From positions 7,998,001-8,062,000 of the forward strand of contig JAGIQG010000035.1 in the NCBI GenBank assembly GCA_024679065.1: DNA of 64,000 nucleotides, in the 5' to 3' direction. The stretch is from Sphyrna mokarran (lineage: Eukaryota). The notes below the pieces were generated by a model. That model was not told where the DNA came from. It ran no database searches and saw only the letters and a program-made list of their open reading frames with translations. The position numbers were made by a program, and so were the translations under genes. This document shows, piece after piece, positions 40,130-53,249 of the stretch (positions within the stretch are counted from its first letter, which is position 1; every line of letters begins with the position of its first letter).

Positions 40130-40700
40130 GATGCGTGTTGATAAATTTTTCATCTTGCACTCATCAGAACAAACAAGAATTTCAAATAATCACAACAATT
40201 AATACTGTAGGAGAAAAGGGTGCAATTGACCAAGGCCTTGTCATGGAGAAAGCCTAAATGTCCTAACCTCCTGGATAATCCAAAAAAAACACACAAGCAT
40301 ATTCTTTTACTTATATTACTCTAAGAGTTTGGCCAATTGGCTTAAATTGTAAGTTATTAATTCTGCGATTCAGTGGCAATGGAACTCTCCTGAGTGCACT
40401 AACAACCAATTTAAGCTCATCAGTTGAACTCATAACTTGGATCATTAACACTTGCTAGAAGTGATGTATATTATACACAGGACCTGCTCTCTGCAAACAA
40501 AAGGAATACGTTCAAGCAAAGGGCCTTTTTTCCCCAAAAGAGCCTGGGGACAGTTTCCAATTGTTTTCTCCATGGCAATGCCGTGGCTAGTCGATCTGCA
40601 AACCGATCAGCATCTTTTCTCCCATGTTATAAATTGTTTGAAATTTGGCATTTATGTGTTTTGTCCCAATGAATGCATGATGAAAACCTTTGATAAACGT
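40130..40700. mobile_element. Old Penelope-like element with inverted pLTRs, each with a hammerhead relic
   Basis: Arm 40130-40255 is a diverged reverse complement of 40560-40700; cores tgttCTGATGAgtgcaagatGAAA (minus) and tgtcccaatgaatgcatgatGAAAacctttgata (plus). Confidence 0.65.
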
Positions 40701-40809
40701 TAACTTTTTCAGCAATGCCCATCTTAAAATTTATGCCTCGAGTAGAACACTCCAGATCTAACAAGCCAGTGAAATCTTTTGCCAATGGTTCCAAACCCAT
40801 GAGCACCCA

Positions 40810-41043
40810 GGGCACACAGGAGTAAAGTGGTTAGCACTGCTGCTTCAGTGCCAGGAACTCTGGTTCAATTCCCAACACTGTCTGTGTGGAGTTTGCACAT
40901 TCTTTCCGTGCCTGCATGGGTTTCCTCCCAGTCTGAAAGATGTGGTTAGATACATTGAACTGAACAGGTGCTGGAGTGTGATGACTAGGGGAATTTCATT
41001 GTAGTGTTAATGTAAGCCTTGTGACTAATAAATAAACTTTTAA
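40810..41043 (+). mobile_element. V-SINE, alternative-tail type, internally deleted
   Basis: gtggttagcactgctgc...ggttcaattccc...gtctgtgtggagtttgcacattct...gtgttaatgtaagccttgtgactaataaataaacttt. Confidence 0.85.
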
Positions 41044-41226
41044 ATATCCTGGTTATTTGACCCATTTGTCAGGAGAAACAGTTTTTTTCTTTCAAAATCC
41101 TACACCACCCGTAAAACTTCCATTAGGTCAATACTTAACTATCTTTGCTCCAACGAACAATCATAACTTTTTCAATCTTTATTCCTAATTGAAATACAAC
41201 AACAATGTTTACACCTTTCCAGCTTT

Positions 41227-41529
41227 TAAAGTTTATTTTCATGCCCCAAGTAGGTTGACATTAATATTGCAATGAAGTTACTGTGAAAACCTTGTAATTG
41301 CCACACTGCAACACCTGTTCTGGTACACTGAGGGAGAATTTAGCATGGCCAATGCAGCTAACCAGCACATCTTTCGGACTGTGGTAGGAAATTGGAACAC
41401 CCAGAGGAAACATACACATACATGGGGAGAACGTGCAAACTCCGCACAGGCAGTGAGCCAAGCCGGGATCAAACTCACGTCTCTGGCGCTGAGGCAGCAG
41501 TGCTAACCATTGTACCACCGTGCTGCCCC
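41227..41529 (-). mobile_element. V-SINE, alternative-tail type, full length
   Basis: Minus-strand head ggggcagcacggtggtacaatggttagcactgctgcc, V-domain, and tail ...acagtaacttcattgcaatattaatgtc...aataaacttt. Confidence 0.9.
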
Positions 41530-44490
41530 AGTTGACACTCAACTTTTGATTTATAAAGCACTAGCATGATCTTGCTTTCATTCCATGTACTGGTAAAGAA
41601 AGTGATCCATACGTATTTTAATCACCTTATAAAATTGCCCTGCCATCTTTAAAAATTTGTATGCATGAACTCAAATGTGTTTCACCTAAGCTTTGCAATA
41701 AATAATTATGACCCAGAATGCACAATTGAAGAGTAAAGATAGATCCAATCATAGCTTTTGTAAGGAAACTGAATAATCATCAGTAGAGAAAACATCAAGA
41801 TCACAGGTACAGCAGGGAAGTGAAACTAGTCAAGTTCCACTTGCAGAGAGCTGGCACAGACACAGCAGGTCAACTTCCTCCCTTTATGATGTGGCTAATC
41901 AATCCACAGCTTTTATAAGTTTCCTTCATCCCCAATAACTTCCCAATACTGGCGTTAGGCTGACAGGCCTGTACCTTCCAGGTTGATTCCTCTCTCCTTT
42001 CTTGAAATGTATATAGCAATAAAGCATTAGCAACTATCCAACTTCCCAGCCCTACTGCATTCAGCTAGGATTGCAAGATGGCAACCAGTGCCTACGTATT
42101 TCTGTCTTTGCTTCTTTCAGCAACTTGGGATGCATCACATCTGAATCAACTGACTTACCTTTTAAGCAATGCTTTTGTGTGTCTTCTCCAACTACTATCC
42201 TGCCCAAAAGTTCCCTCTCTCTTTTAGCGCAACCTTTTCATCATATACTTCTGACAGAGGCAAATACTAAATTACCTTAGCTACATCTCTTAAGAGAAGA
42301 TTTTCCTCTGGATCTCAAGTGTTTTATGCTTCAATTTAATACTAATCTTTCCTTGTAGTCTTTACCTCAATTTTAAGAGACAATTTCAAGTTAAATTAAA
42401 ATATTTGTGCTCTCATCCACGACTCATTTTCTTTCACCACAGCACAAGGAATTACCAGACTTGTATTGACACACAGCACATTGTGGCATAACTTCTATTT
42501 TGTGTTCCACAAATTTATTTTCCCAACCGCAATTATTTGTAGTTTTATTTTTTATTTACTTTCAAAAAAGGGTTTTTGTCTAGTCGTAAGAAATTGGATT
42601 GTCCAGCTAAGAAGGTGCATTTAGTCAGCACGGATGGAACAGGGAAACACGATTCTTTTTCTCCAGTGCTTCAAATATGTTAACACTTAAAATAACTCGG
42701 CTCAAAACTTTGACTCAAAATTGCTAGCAGTATAATGCTGTCCACTCTTGTCTCAAAACATTGCACAGTAAGAGCTTGCCCTCAGCTGAATGTGATTAAC
42801 AAGTAATGCAACCTAAATCCAATTTGAATACTGCCAACAGGCATTAAATTGAACCTGCACAACATAACCAAGATATACCTTGGAACAATATTCTTTTATG
42901 GCCATTTAATAACGAGCAACTAGAACTAAATTCAATCTCCTTCCTTCCATTCATAATTCAGCTTTTACACTGCAATTTCCTAAACAAATTACTTCAATTA
43001 TAGTTCAAACATGATATTTTTATTGGTTCAGCGAACATGTAAAAACTTGTAGGTTTAACTAACTGCTTAAAGCACAAGTTGCACTTTCAAGCCAAAGAGC
43101 AACAGTTACAAGATGAGCATCTTAAAATGAATAAGCTTCCAAACAGTGACTAAGAGTAAAAGACTTCACTTTGTCAGCCATATTACCAATTCACTGATTC
43201 CTAATTATTTCTCCGTAGTGATGAATGTCACATTTCAAAAAATCATATCATAAAATACATGGTAGAAGCACTTAATGTGGTGCAACTGAATGAAGAGACA
43301 TTCCCAAAGACATCTGTAGTTCATGGGAATAAAGCACTTATTCATCACGCCAGAGTACTCTCTATTAGTACAGTACATTCAATGAATTTGCAGTGTGTAC
43401 AGGGGCTAAATCTGTAATGCACTCTGGTGAACAAAGCTAAAAATGAATTTCGATCATAAACTCTTAACGCTGACTGATACAACATGTTAGCGCTAACAGC
43501 ATACAGTAACATTCCTGACCTAGCATGCCAAAACTAACACGCTGCTCCACAGAATCAGAACAATTAACTGTGTATTAAGTTACCGATTCAGTTAAAACTA
43601 GGAACAAAATCAATGAGACACAACCTAAACTTCAATAACTTTTGTAAGTCAGAACACTACACAACTTTATTGAAATGAAGGTTTAATTGTGTAGTTTCAC
43701 TCCTTGGCTGAATGTAACAATTGTATTTCTACAATGACAAAAAGAAAGGTTGCTCGTGGATAAAGCAAAGTGCCCAGTTGTTATGTCTCATTATATAGCA
43801 TTTCACCTTCTAAAACCAAGATTATTTTAAGTGGCTATACCAGTAACAGGTGAACACATTTGAGTACTTGACTTAGGAATTTGCTTAGGTGATCTTTTTA
43901 ATGGTACAGATCTCTGTACATAGCCTGATAAAAACACCTCAATTTCCACCTCAAGTTTCCAACAAAAAGCTACATCTAGTGGCACAACAGCTAAAATATA
44001 GTCCAAAACACAAGTCTGTAAAGTTGCCAACAACTCAAAACTGCACTGAGAAATAACACTGACAAAGCTCATTTTTGGCTTCCTCTAATGGTGTAGAATC
44101 CCTGAACAAGCAACCTTCAAAATTTAAACATCTAACATTCAAGCAAAACAATCTCAGATAAAATAACTAGAACTTAATTTTGATGGTGATTAGCTCATGC
44201 AAATAATTTCACAAAATTAATATATATTGACCACTTATAATACAAGGGTCCGCATTACAACAGCATCACATGCCTGTCTTCAAAATGTGAGGATGCACCT
44301 AACCTTACTTTAACATCCTGTTAGAACCCCAAGCGAGGCCATTATGAACTTCTTGTAGTAACTGAAAGAATAACTCAAAATTTAATGTTTAAAACCAAAA
44401 CCTCTGATGTACAAAAGTTAAACAAAGCAAACACTAGCAACACTATTTTTTTGAACACTTATACGTTAAAAAGCAAAAGTAACAGTTCAG

Positions 44491-44748
44491 GCTGCCTCAA
44501 TGCCAGAGACCCAGGTTCAATTCCTGGCTTGTATCACTGTGTAAGTTTGCACATTCTCTCCATGTCTATGAGGATTTTCTCCAGATGCTCCACTTTCCAC
44601 CCATACTCCAAAGATGGGCAGTTTAGGTAGACTGGCCTCTTGGGTAAATGCATGGAATTCTGAGGATAGGGCCAGGGTGGGATTGTGGTCTGAGCAGACT
44701 GAATGGGCTGAAAAGTTTCCTTTTGCAGTGTAGAATTCTATGATTCTA
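44491..44748 (+). mobile_element. HE1-like V-SINE with CR1-type tail
   Basis: ccaggttcaattcctggc...gtttgcacattctctcc...gggtgggattgtggtc...tgggctgaa...gtgtagaattctatgattcta. Confidence 0.85.
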
Positions 44749-45417
44749 ATTCCCCTACACTTGACAAGATCTTGAGGGCTCCTCCAGTTCTCCAGGACCA
44801 ACCATGGTGCATCACAAATCTCAGAAATTCACACTCTGTTCCTACTATTCCAGAGATATAGGACTTCTTGGATTCTTCCACGAGCATCCAAGTAGGGAAA
44901 CACTCAACTTTCCTTCAACCCCTTACAATTGTGACTTGCCAGCTCAAACTTCACTACGTTCTTGTAGACTGACTCCAACTCAGAAAACATCCATGGGTTC
45001 TGATAGCTCCTTTGCTCCTGGTTCAAGCTGCTTTTTACATCTCCTGCAAATATTTTCTGGCTGTCCTTGCAATATATTCCCACAGCAATGTGCCAGAGCT
45101 TGGATGATTGAATAGAGATTTAAACCAATTAACTACCTTGAAAACATCCCTTTAATTCTGGAACACAAATAGTTTCTTTCTATTGAAATCTTGCTAGACT
45201 CAATGGCTCCATTACAAAGCTCAGAGAGCCATGTTTATTGTTTTCACACTTTAAAACTGATTCCTTTATGTAAATTTGGACTATCCTTTGAATTATCTTA
45301 AGATTGCTTACTAGCCTCAAACTCATTTGTCCTTTTACCTTGCATCTAAAATTTAAATTCCCAAAGCAGAATTTATACTCCTAAAACAAATTATAGAGTT
45401 AGATATTCTTACGGACT

Positions 45418-46092
45418 CTGGAAATGAGAAGTAAAAGAAAATACTAGAAATACAATATCTGTGGCGAATGAATATTTCAAGGTCAAAAAGTTAGAGATTT
45501 ATTTGTGGGGGAGAGGGTTGGAGTGGTTTGGGAGAAGGGGTGCCCTGTATTAGGGTAGAAGGCAGCAAAGAAAAAGGATAATAGTGCGAAGTAAAAGGAG
45601 ATGGTAATGGTACAAAAGTTGAGTCCAAAAGGTGGTGTAAAATGTGTTAGCAGATTCAGCAGCTGTCTGAGGGAAAATGAGGGCAGAGGTCATGATTTGC
45701 AGAATTCAGTGTTGAGTACAATGTCAATCAAAACTTCCATTTAAGCAGCAGAGCATTCCAGACTTAGGACCTTTAACTTCAAATCCAAACATCATCTCCC
45801 ATTTTATCCCAACAAACAGCTGTTGCCAATAATACTATCCATTTTCACCCCCAGACCCATATTTTTATTTATCCAATTTCCATCTTATTGTGTCTCGCAC
45901 CACTGATTCTTTCAGCCATTTAATCTGCCTTCCATTCAGTCCCTTCCTGGCCTCCCACCATTTCCCTAAATCTTGCTTAAAACATGTAAATTTTCCAGTC
46001 CTAATCAAGTTATTGACCTAAAATATTCATTCCATTTTCCTCTTTCTATGGTTACTGACTGACCTAGTTATTTCCAACATCTTAAATTTCAT
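45418..46092. mobile_element. Very old Penelope-type element with degenerate inverted termini
   Basis: Left gaatgaatatttcaaggtcaa is complementary to right ttgacctaaaatattcattc; right end ctgactgacctagttatttccaacat. Confidence 0.45.
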
Positions 46093-46483
46093 TGAAATAA
46101 CACTTATACAATTGAATGTACAACATTGTTAAGATGACTCAGATATGGTGACTCATTCTCTCATAACTAAACCTGCTTGTGGCAGTCTCCTACCCTACAG
46201 CCAGCCAGTTGGGTGGTCACATCTGGCTTGAGGATGACTGCTTCTATACCCACATGGTCTTCTGGGAAATTGTGATGGTATCATGCGAATTAGTTATTCT
46301 GGCTGCATTCCAGATTCCTTAAAATCTGGCACAGCTCATTTTTACTGATTGGATTCTATGATTTCTCATTAGTAGTCTTGATTGCAATTTGTTGTATACT
46401 TCAAAAGCTTACATGCTAAGCAGCTAAACTGGGGAACTTAATAAACTTTCATAAATGCAAGTTACTAACACCATTCCTTACTT

Positions 46484-46941
46484 GGTGACAGTGGTTAGCA
46501 CTCCTGCCTCAGAGCCAGGAACCTGGGTTTGATACCTGGCTTGGGTCACTGTACTGAGTTTGCACATTCTCCCATGTCTGTGCGAGTTTCCTCAGGTGCT
46601 CCAATTTCCTCCCACAGTCCAAAAGAGTTAAAGTTTATTTATTAGCCACAAGCAAGGCTTACATTAACACTGCAATGAAGTTACTGTGGAATTTCCCTAG
46701 TCACCACACTCAGCACTTGTTTGGGACCAATGCACACTCTGATGAAGTGCACTGGCCATACTAAATTCTCCCCTGGCACCCGTTCAGGTACTCAGGGGGA
46801 GAATTTAGCAAAGCCGATGCATCTAACCAGTGCATGCATTGACCCCAAACAAACAATAGAATGTGGCGACTAGGGGATTTTTACAGTAACTTCACTGCAG
46901 TGTTAATATAAGCCTACTTGTGACACTAATAAGTTAAACTT
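46484..46941 (+). mobile_element. Composite V-SINE with nested inverted SINE segments (fold-back)
   Basis: Plus head 46484-46625, minus tail 46631-46734, short inverted body pair 46747-46821, plus tail 46835-46941. Confidence 0.85.
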
Positions 46942-48011
46942 ACTTTGCCGGTTCAGAGGAACAGTTAATAAGCAACTTAGACAGGCAAACAAACATGCCA
47001 CACTCAGTACTTTAGCAAAGTGGCCACAAACATGATTATCTGTGCCGGAATAATTTAAGAATTATGAACACACTGATTCACGCAGTGATACCTTTAAACT
47101 GACACTAATCTGGTGTTAGTAGAGCTCCCAGTATGGCAGAGTATTGTATCTGCCAACTGCATTTGCAATCTGTGAACAAACAGAGCAATTCCAATCGGAT
47201 CACAAGAGTTAGTTAGAATTAATAGTCCAGAATCTGTGCTTGGCTCTTGAATGTGGCCACATTTCTGCTAACTGTTGGGCAGCAATCAACAATCAAAGCA
47301 CAATTTACACCTGGCAAACCTAATTACACATCTTGGGCATTGAAATGATCAGCCAAGTGATTACAGTTTTTTGGATCAATTTTGCACCAGCAGAAATAAG
47401 CGTGTAACGTATCAATGTGCTGCAATTGTGTAGATAATACCCAGTATCCATTTAAAATAAACAGATTTCTGTGAACTGATATCAGATGAAAACTCCAAGC
47501 AGCTAATCACATTCACAATTCCATCAGTTTCCTACAGAAACCACCGCATTTCCTCCCAAGCAAATGTAGCTTACTTCTCCCCTCACCCGCTCTCTGCAAC
47601 CATATCAATTTTGAAATCTTCCCAGCTAAGGAACTGCGTATCTGAAAAGTACTAAAGTTTTGATTAAATGGTTCCTCAAGTGGCTAAAAATCAATAATCT
47701 TATTAAACACAGTTGAGTTTCCCCAACAGGCAATGGACAGAGCAGCATATTGTTCTACACAAAGACCAAAAAGGTCTCAGACATCTTATTTATGCTGAGT
47801 TAATTTACCCCGTCAAGGATGTATTTTGTGTCCAACTTCAAATGGTTTAGGAAAATGAAAAAAAAAGGATAGAGTTATTGCTCCTGAATATCCTGCACTA
47901 GCTATCAGCTGAACTGTGTCAACTTCTATCTATGTCACCAACCACACACTAGAATGACTGGTTGGAGGGGATACCATAGGAATGCCAATTGAGCTGTGCC
48001 TTGTTTAAAGT

Positions 48012-48668
48012 CATGATGTAGAGGTACACGGTACATACTCTTGCAATCGGCCGACGTTGTCTACCTAATACATTGCAAGAAAGGATGTCCCGAAGCATGG
48101 CACATTGGGGAGACCATGCAGACACTACGACAGCGGATGAATGAACATCGCTCAACAATCACCAGGCAAAACAGTTCCCTTCCTGTGGGCGAACACTTCA
48201 GCAGTCACAGGCATTCAGCCTCCGACCTTCGGGTAAATGTTCTTCAAGGGGGCCTTCCTGACACACGACAGCGCAGAGTCGCTGAGCAGAGACTGATAGC
48301 CAAGTTTCGCACACGAGGACGGTCTTAACAAGGATCTTGGCTTCATGTCACACTACCTATAACCCCTGTGACTTGCCTGGGTTCGCAAAAAAAACCTCAC
48401 TTACTGTGCTGTCTGGAGAAAATACACATTTCTCTAACAAATGCTCAGGGTTCCCTTCACACACATTGTTAGCCACTTTAACACTTGAATAGCAGGTTAG
48501 GTGTAAGGATTCACATTCTAATCAGCAATCTGTGACTGTCTGTACTGATATGTGTGCTATTGCAGACCAGAACACTGCATTTGCTTGACAAAGATGAAAA
48601 AGTTGAAAGCTCGCAGATTTACTATCAAATAAATCAGTTGGATTTAAAATGGTGTTGCCAGATTCTTA
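48012..48668 (+). mobile_element. Penelope-like element, 5' truncated: GIY-YIG endonuclease plus pLTR, 15-bp TSD
   Basis: ORF 48041-48328 VVYLIHC..CPEAWHIGETMQTLRQRMNEH...VGEHFS...RRVAEQRLIAKF is a PLE GIY-YIG domain; TSD ccttgtttaaagtca at 47999-48013 and 48669-48683. Confidence 0.93.
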
Positions 48669-49361
48669 CCTTGTTTAAAGTCAACAGTTTCAAGAGAAGA
48701 TGAAAATCTAGGATTCAAGCTGTGTGTGTACTCAACTAGATGATAAAAGTTTACAACAGATAGAGTATTAAATATGGTGTATTTGAATCAGGGAACAATG
48801 GGCATTAGTTATATTTAATCTGAAACTCAAGTTGTTACCACTTTGCTGTATGCCTATCAAATTACACAAAGAAAACGATGCATTAAGTTAATCCCTAGAG
48901 AAAAATATTGCTGATACGAAGCATAAGGCTGCAAGTGAGTAAAAATCTGGGCTTTATCTCAAGATAGGTGAGGGAACATGCAGGCTTGGCACCTCTCGAC
49001 ACAAAAGCAGGTTAGATACTAGTTTGAAACATGCTATCCTCATTATGCATGGTCTAGCAAATGGGAAGACAAAAATCAACTGCTTGTTTAAATCAATACA
49101 ATTAGCCATAGATTCATATTCCATTTTTGCCTGCATACACAAAATGGAACATATCTACAAATGGTTACATTACCCAACAGGTTCCACTCGTGACACTTAT
49201 TATTGAGCCAATCCTATAAGCAACCAGGTCCCCCATTATGTCTCTGCTAATAGTAGACATCATCATAATTATATCACAAACTTCATTCTATCATTGCAAG
49301 AAAGGGTATTTAGTTATAACCAAGAAAACAGAAATAGGATGCACCATATAAATATAAAAAA

Positions 49362-49580
49362 AACTAGAAGCAGGAATAGCCCATCTGCCTGCTTCACCAT
49401 TCAATAAGATCGTGACTAATCTTTTTGTGGACTCAGCTCCACTTATCCGCCCGCTCACCATAACCCTTAATTCCTTTACTGTTCAAAAATTTATCTATCA
49501 TTGCCTTAAAAACATTCAATGAAGTAGCCTCAACTGCTTCACTGGACAAGGAATTCCATATTCACAACCTTTGGGTGAAG
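49362..49580 (-). mobile_element. CR1 LINE 3' end fragment
   Basis: aactagaagcaggaatag...caccattcaataagatc...ggaattcca..ttcacaacc, a typical CR1 3' end on the minus strand. Confidence 0.75.
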
Positions 49581-49952
49581 ATTGCAAGAAACTACAAACG
49601 GTCATGAACAAAGCCCACTCCATCTCGTAAACCAGCCTCCCATCCACTGACTCAGCCTACACTTCCCACTGCCTCAGAAAAGCAACCAGCATAATCAAGG
49701 ATCCCACATACACACTGAATCTTCTGTTGGGAAAAATATGCAAAAGTACCAAAGATCATGTATCAACCGACTCTAGCTTCACCCTGCTGCCATTAGACTT
49801 TTGAATGGACCTACCAGATGTTAAGCTGATCTTTCTCTACACCCTATGGCTGTAACACTACATCCTATCCTTCTCTATGAATGGTATTCTTTGTCTGTAT
49901 GGTGCACAAAAAACACTGTACACTAATACATGCGACAATAATAAAATCAAAA
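49581..49952 (+). mobile_element. Rex1/Babar-like LINE 3' end fragment
   Basis: gcaagaaactacaa...cagcctcccatccactgactc...gcataatcaagga; tail acatgcgacaataataaaatcaaa. Confidence 0.75.
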
Positions 49953-50421
49953 GAAAAACTCAATACAAATCACTTCGATTTCGTGCAGTTTTTTATGATG
50001 ATTCTTTGCAGCTCTAGAGTCACTGCTAAAGTTCAACAATATTTATTTTCCAGAACCTGATTGGCTAGAAACAGTTTTCAACCATCAAAAGCCTTTCATA
50101 AACAAGACTACTTCAAACCTCTAAGTGGACGGCGGGTACAGAGAGAGAGAACGAGAGAAGGGGGAGAACCTAAAACTTAAGATTTAGACAAAGTTCTAAA
50201 ACTTAGAATAATCAGACCATATTTATAGGAGCGTTTGCCCAATGACTTAATGGTAAGACTGAGCAAGACAGCTACCTGCACGAGGAGGATTACAGATTTA
50301 TGCCTAATTTACTAATTTCAACCAGCAAGCAGAGGCAGTATAATTGACCTTTAGGGTAGGTGCAAAAGCAAATACATTCAGCTAGTCACCTACTCACACA
50401 GACTTATCTAGTGATTCGTGA

Positions 50422-51400
50422 TAGAACAAAGAACAAAACAGCACGGGAAACAGGCCCTTCGGCCCAACGAGCCCATGCCGCCATGTTCCCACCTCTACCC
50501 ATGATCCCTGTCTACGTTTATAGATCTACGGATTAAAAACCAAATTTGAGACAATTTAGGGAGAATTTGTTTTGCCAATTAGCCTAAGAGCACATCTTTG
50601 GGATGTGGGAGGAAACCGGAGCACCCGGAGAAAACCCACGCAAGCACGGGGAGAATGCGCAAACTCCCACAGACACAGGTCCAAATCCATGTATCTGCAC
50701 AGCACAGCAATAGTCACTGAGCTGTCGTGTTGCCCATCAAATGGTCCAGGTCAAACATACACTAACGACGTGACGCACTAGGATACTCTCGAAAAAGATC
50801 CAAGAGCAGCCCTCTCACGACCCATCGCTCATATGCCCCTTGTTAGACAACAAGGTGGACAAAAGCACCTGTAGGATAAAAACAAGTACATCAATACCAT
50901 CTATTTACACACTTCCCAGGGACTCTCAAGGCTCATGATCCCTATTTTAAATCAGTTTTCTATATCCTCCATTCCCATTCTGTTCATGTGCCCATCTAAG
51001 TATTTCTTAAATAACTCCAGAGTACCTGCCTCCACCACTTTACTTGGCAGCGCATTCCATACCCACACCACCCTCTGTGTGAAAAAACTCCCTCTAGCAT
51101 CCAAATTATACCTTACCCCCCTCACCCTAAGCCCGTGACCCCTCGTGCTATTTGAGTCCATCCTAGAAAAAAGCTTAACCCTGTTTACTCTATCTATCCC
51201 CTTCATAATCTTGTACACCTCTATTAGATCTCCTCTAAGTCTACGTCTTTCTAAGGAAAACAGTCCCAATTTGCCTAACCTCTCCTCGTAACTCAGACCT
51301 TCCATACCAGGCAGCATCCTGGTAAACATCCTCTGCACTCTCTCCAGAGTCTCCACGTCCTTCCGGTAGTAAGACAACCAGAACTGGATGCAGTATTCCA
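50422..51400 (-). mobile_element. Young CR1 LINE, same subfamily as 30494-32166, more 5' truncated
   Basis: ORF LEYCIQFW..YYRKDVETLERVQR...RRLRGDLIEVYKIMKG...TRGHGL...FFTQRVV; 3' UTR nearly colinear with 30494-31030. Confidence 0.95.
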
Positions 51401-53203
51401 AAAGAAAACAGATGCGTGCAAGAATCATTGAGGAAATGTCTACCTACAGTTACTGCACACACAAAGAATTAGAGCTTGGATAAAATGCGGGAGGAGCAGC
51501 CAACATCTGTGAAAACATACTTCAGCTTCACTCAAAGCCTTCAGAAGTGGAGGAAGTGGAAGGGTAGAGCAACTTGCGAACTACAGTTCTTTTTAATTAT
51601 TCCCTCATTTGTGGTATTTGCAACAGTGGAACTTTTAGTATAGCATGGAGCAGAGAAAGGTTTTAGGAGTGTATTGATCTGTGCTGTGGGCACAAAACAT
51701 GGTCAGAATCTGAGATTTACTGCAGAACAAACAAAGCAAAAAACATCACAGAGATGATAGCGAACTGGGAGCTTTTTTTTTTGCCCTTTATCCACTATCC
51801 TCTTCATTTATGGATCATTTTCTCAATCATCTGCGATGTGACCATGCTCTCAACTTATTTCACTGCTAAGCATTGGCAACAGCTCAGTCTGCAAAGTTCT
51901 CCAGAACCAACTGCGTGAACATTAAAAAACCTGCCATTTTGTAATTCCTGAATTTCAGGCTAAAATAATGCATCAAGGTCTCCAGGATTGTAAACTCTTA
52001 TTTGCAGGATACCAGAGAATGCCAACAAAAGTAGTGAATTTTGCCAGGCACATTAAAACGCGTAAGTCTGAACACTAATGGCTGAAACATTTAAATAATA
52101 AAAGTACCCTTAATATGACTATGTTACTGTAGCTGAGAGCCTAAAAATAAACAAAACTGGTCAACCCCAGTAGTTTCCCTACCAATACTTGTAGCATAAT
52201 TCATCACCTCAAAATACTGAAACAACACCACTGCCAGTACATTAAGATTGCATTAGGCAGGCAATGACTAGCCAAACTGGTAAGTCAATCTCAATGTGCA
52301 AAGCAAAGAGGAATTACTGCCTCCTGTTCTTGAGTCACCTACTGCCATCAAGGTATGATTTCAATTACGTTAGTCTTTAATCACTGAAATAACTGATCTG
52401 GGACAGATGATAGACAATTCACATTATTCTACCTTCTTCAAAACAATATATGCCTAGTAAAAATAGCGACTACTGGACTGAACAAGTATAATAGCTTAGT
52501 GAAACTGGAATCCAACTTCATTAATACCTAACCTTAGTATATAGGTATAAATATGCTATAAGCAAAATAAAACTGGATAAAAGCCACACGTTTTCACATT
52601 TTGCCAAAAAGGTTTAATTTTTCATGTCAAGTGCTCACTATTTCTGCTTTCCTCACACTTACTTAAAATATGTTTGACACTGATCTAACTTTAGAGAAAA
52701 TTGTCAATAGAGAGATGAAACAACTTAATCCTATTTTGTTAGGCTGAATAAAGCTTTATTTGAAAAAACCTCTAGTGGTATCATCTCTCATGGTATGGTA
52801 TCCAGCTCCATCTCATCCAGCGTTCCTTCATGATACTTAATTGAAAAAGCCTTTAGTCCTTGCCTCAATCCTGCACCATCTCTCCTTTCACCCTCTCACC
52901 CCCCCCACCCCGTTCACTTAATTTCCCTTCCCACACCTGCCTCCCTTCCCCACTCTGTTTTCCCCTCCCCCTCCATCTTCAAAATGGTCAAACAAGCCGT
53001 TCAAATAAACCATTCCAACAAAGGACAGTAGCAATTCAAAGCAGTAATTTACCAACTCCTTCTAAACAGCAATTCAGGATGAGAAACAAATATGCCTTGG
53101 CAGCAACACCCACATTCTCTGAATAATTACAACAGTCAATTATTTTTCCCAGAATTCAGGTGGAGAGATTGAAATGGCCAAAGATTACATGAGAGAAAGA
53201 GTG

Positions 53204-53249
53204 CACGCATGCGTTTGTGTGCATATACACACACACACACGCACGCACA
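53204..53249. repeat. (CA)/(CG) alternating purine-pyrimidine tract
   Basis: cacgcatgcgtttgtgtgcatatacacacacacacacgcacgcaca. Confidence 0.7.
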
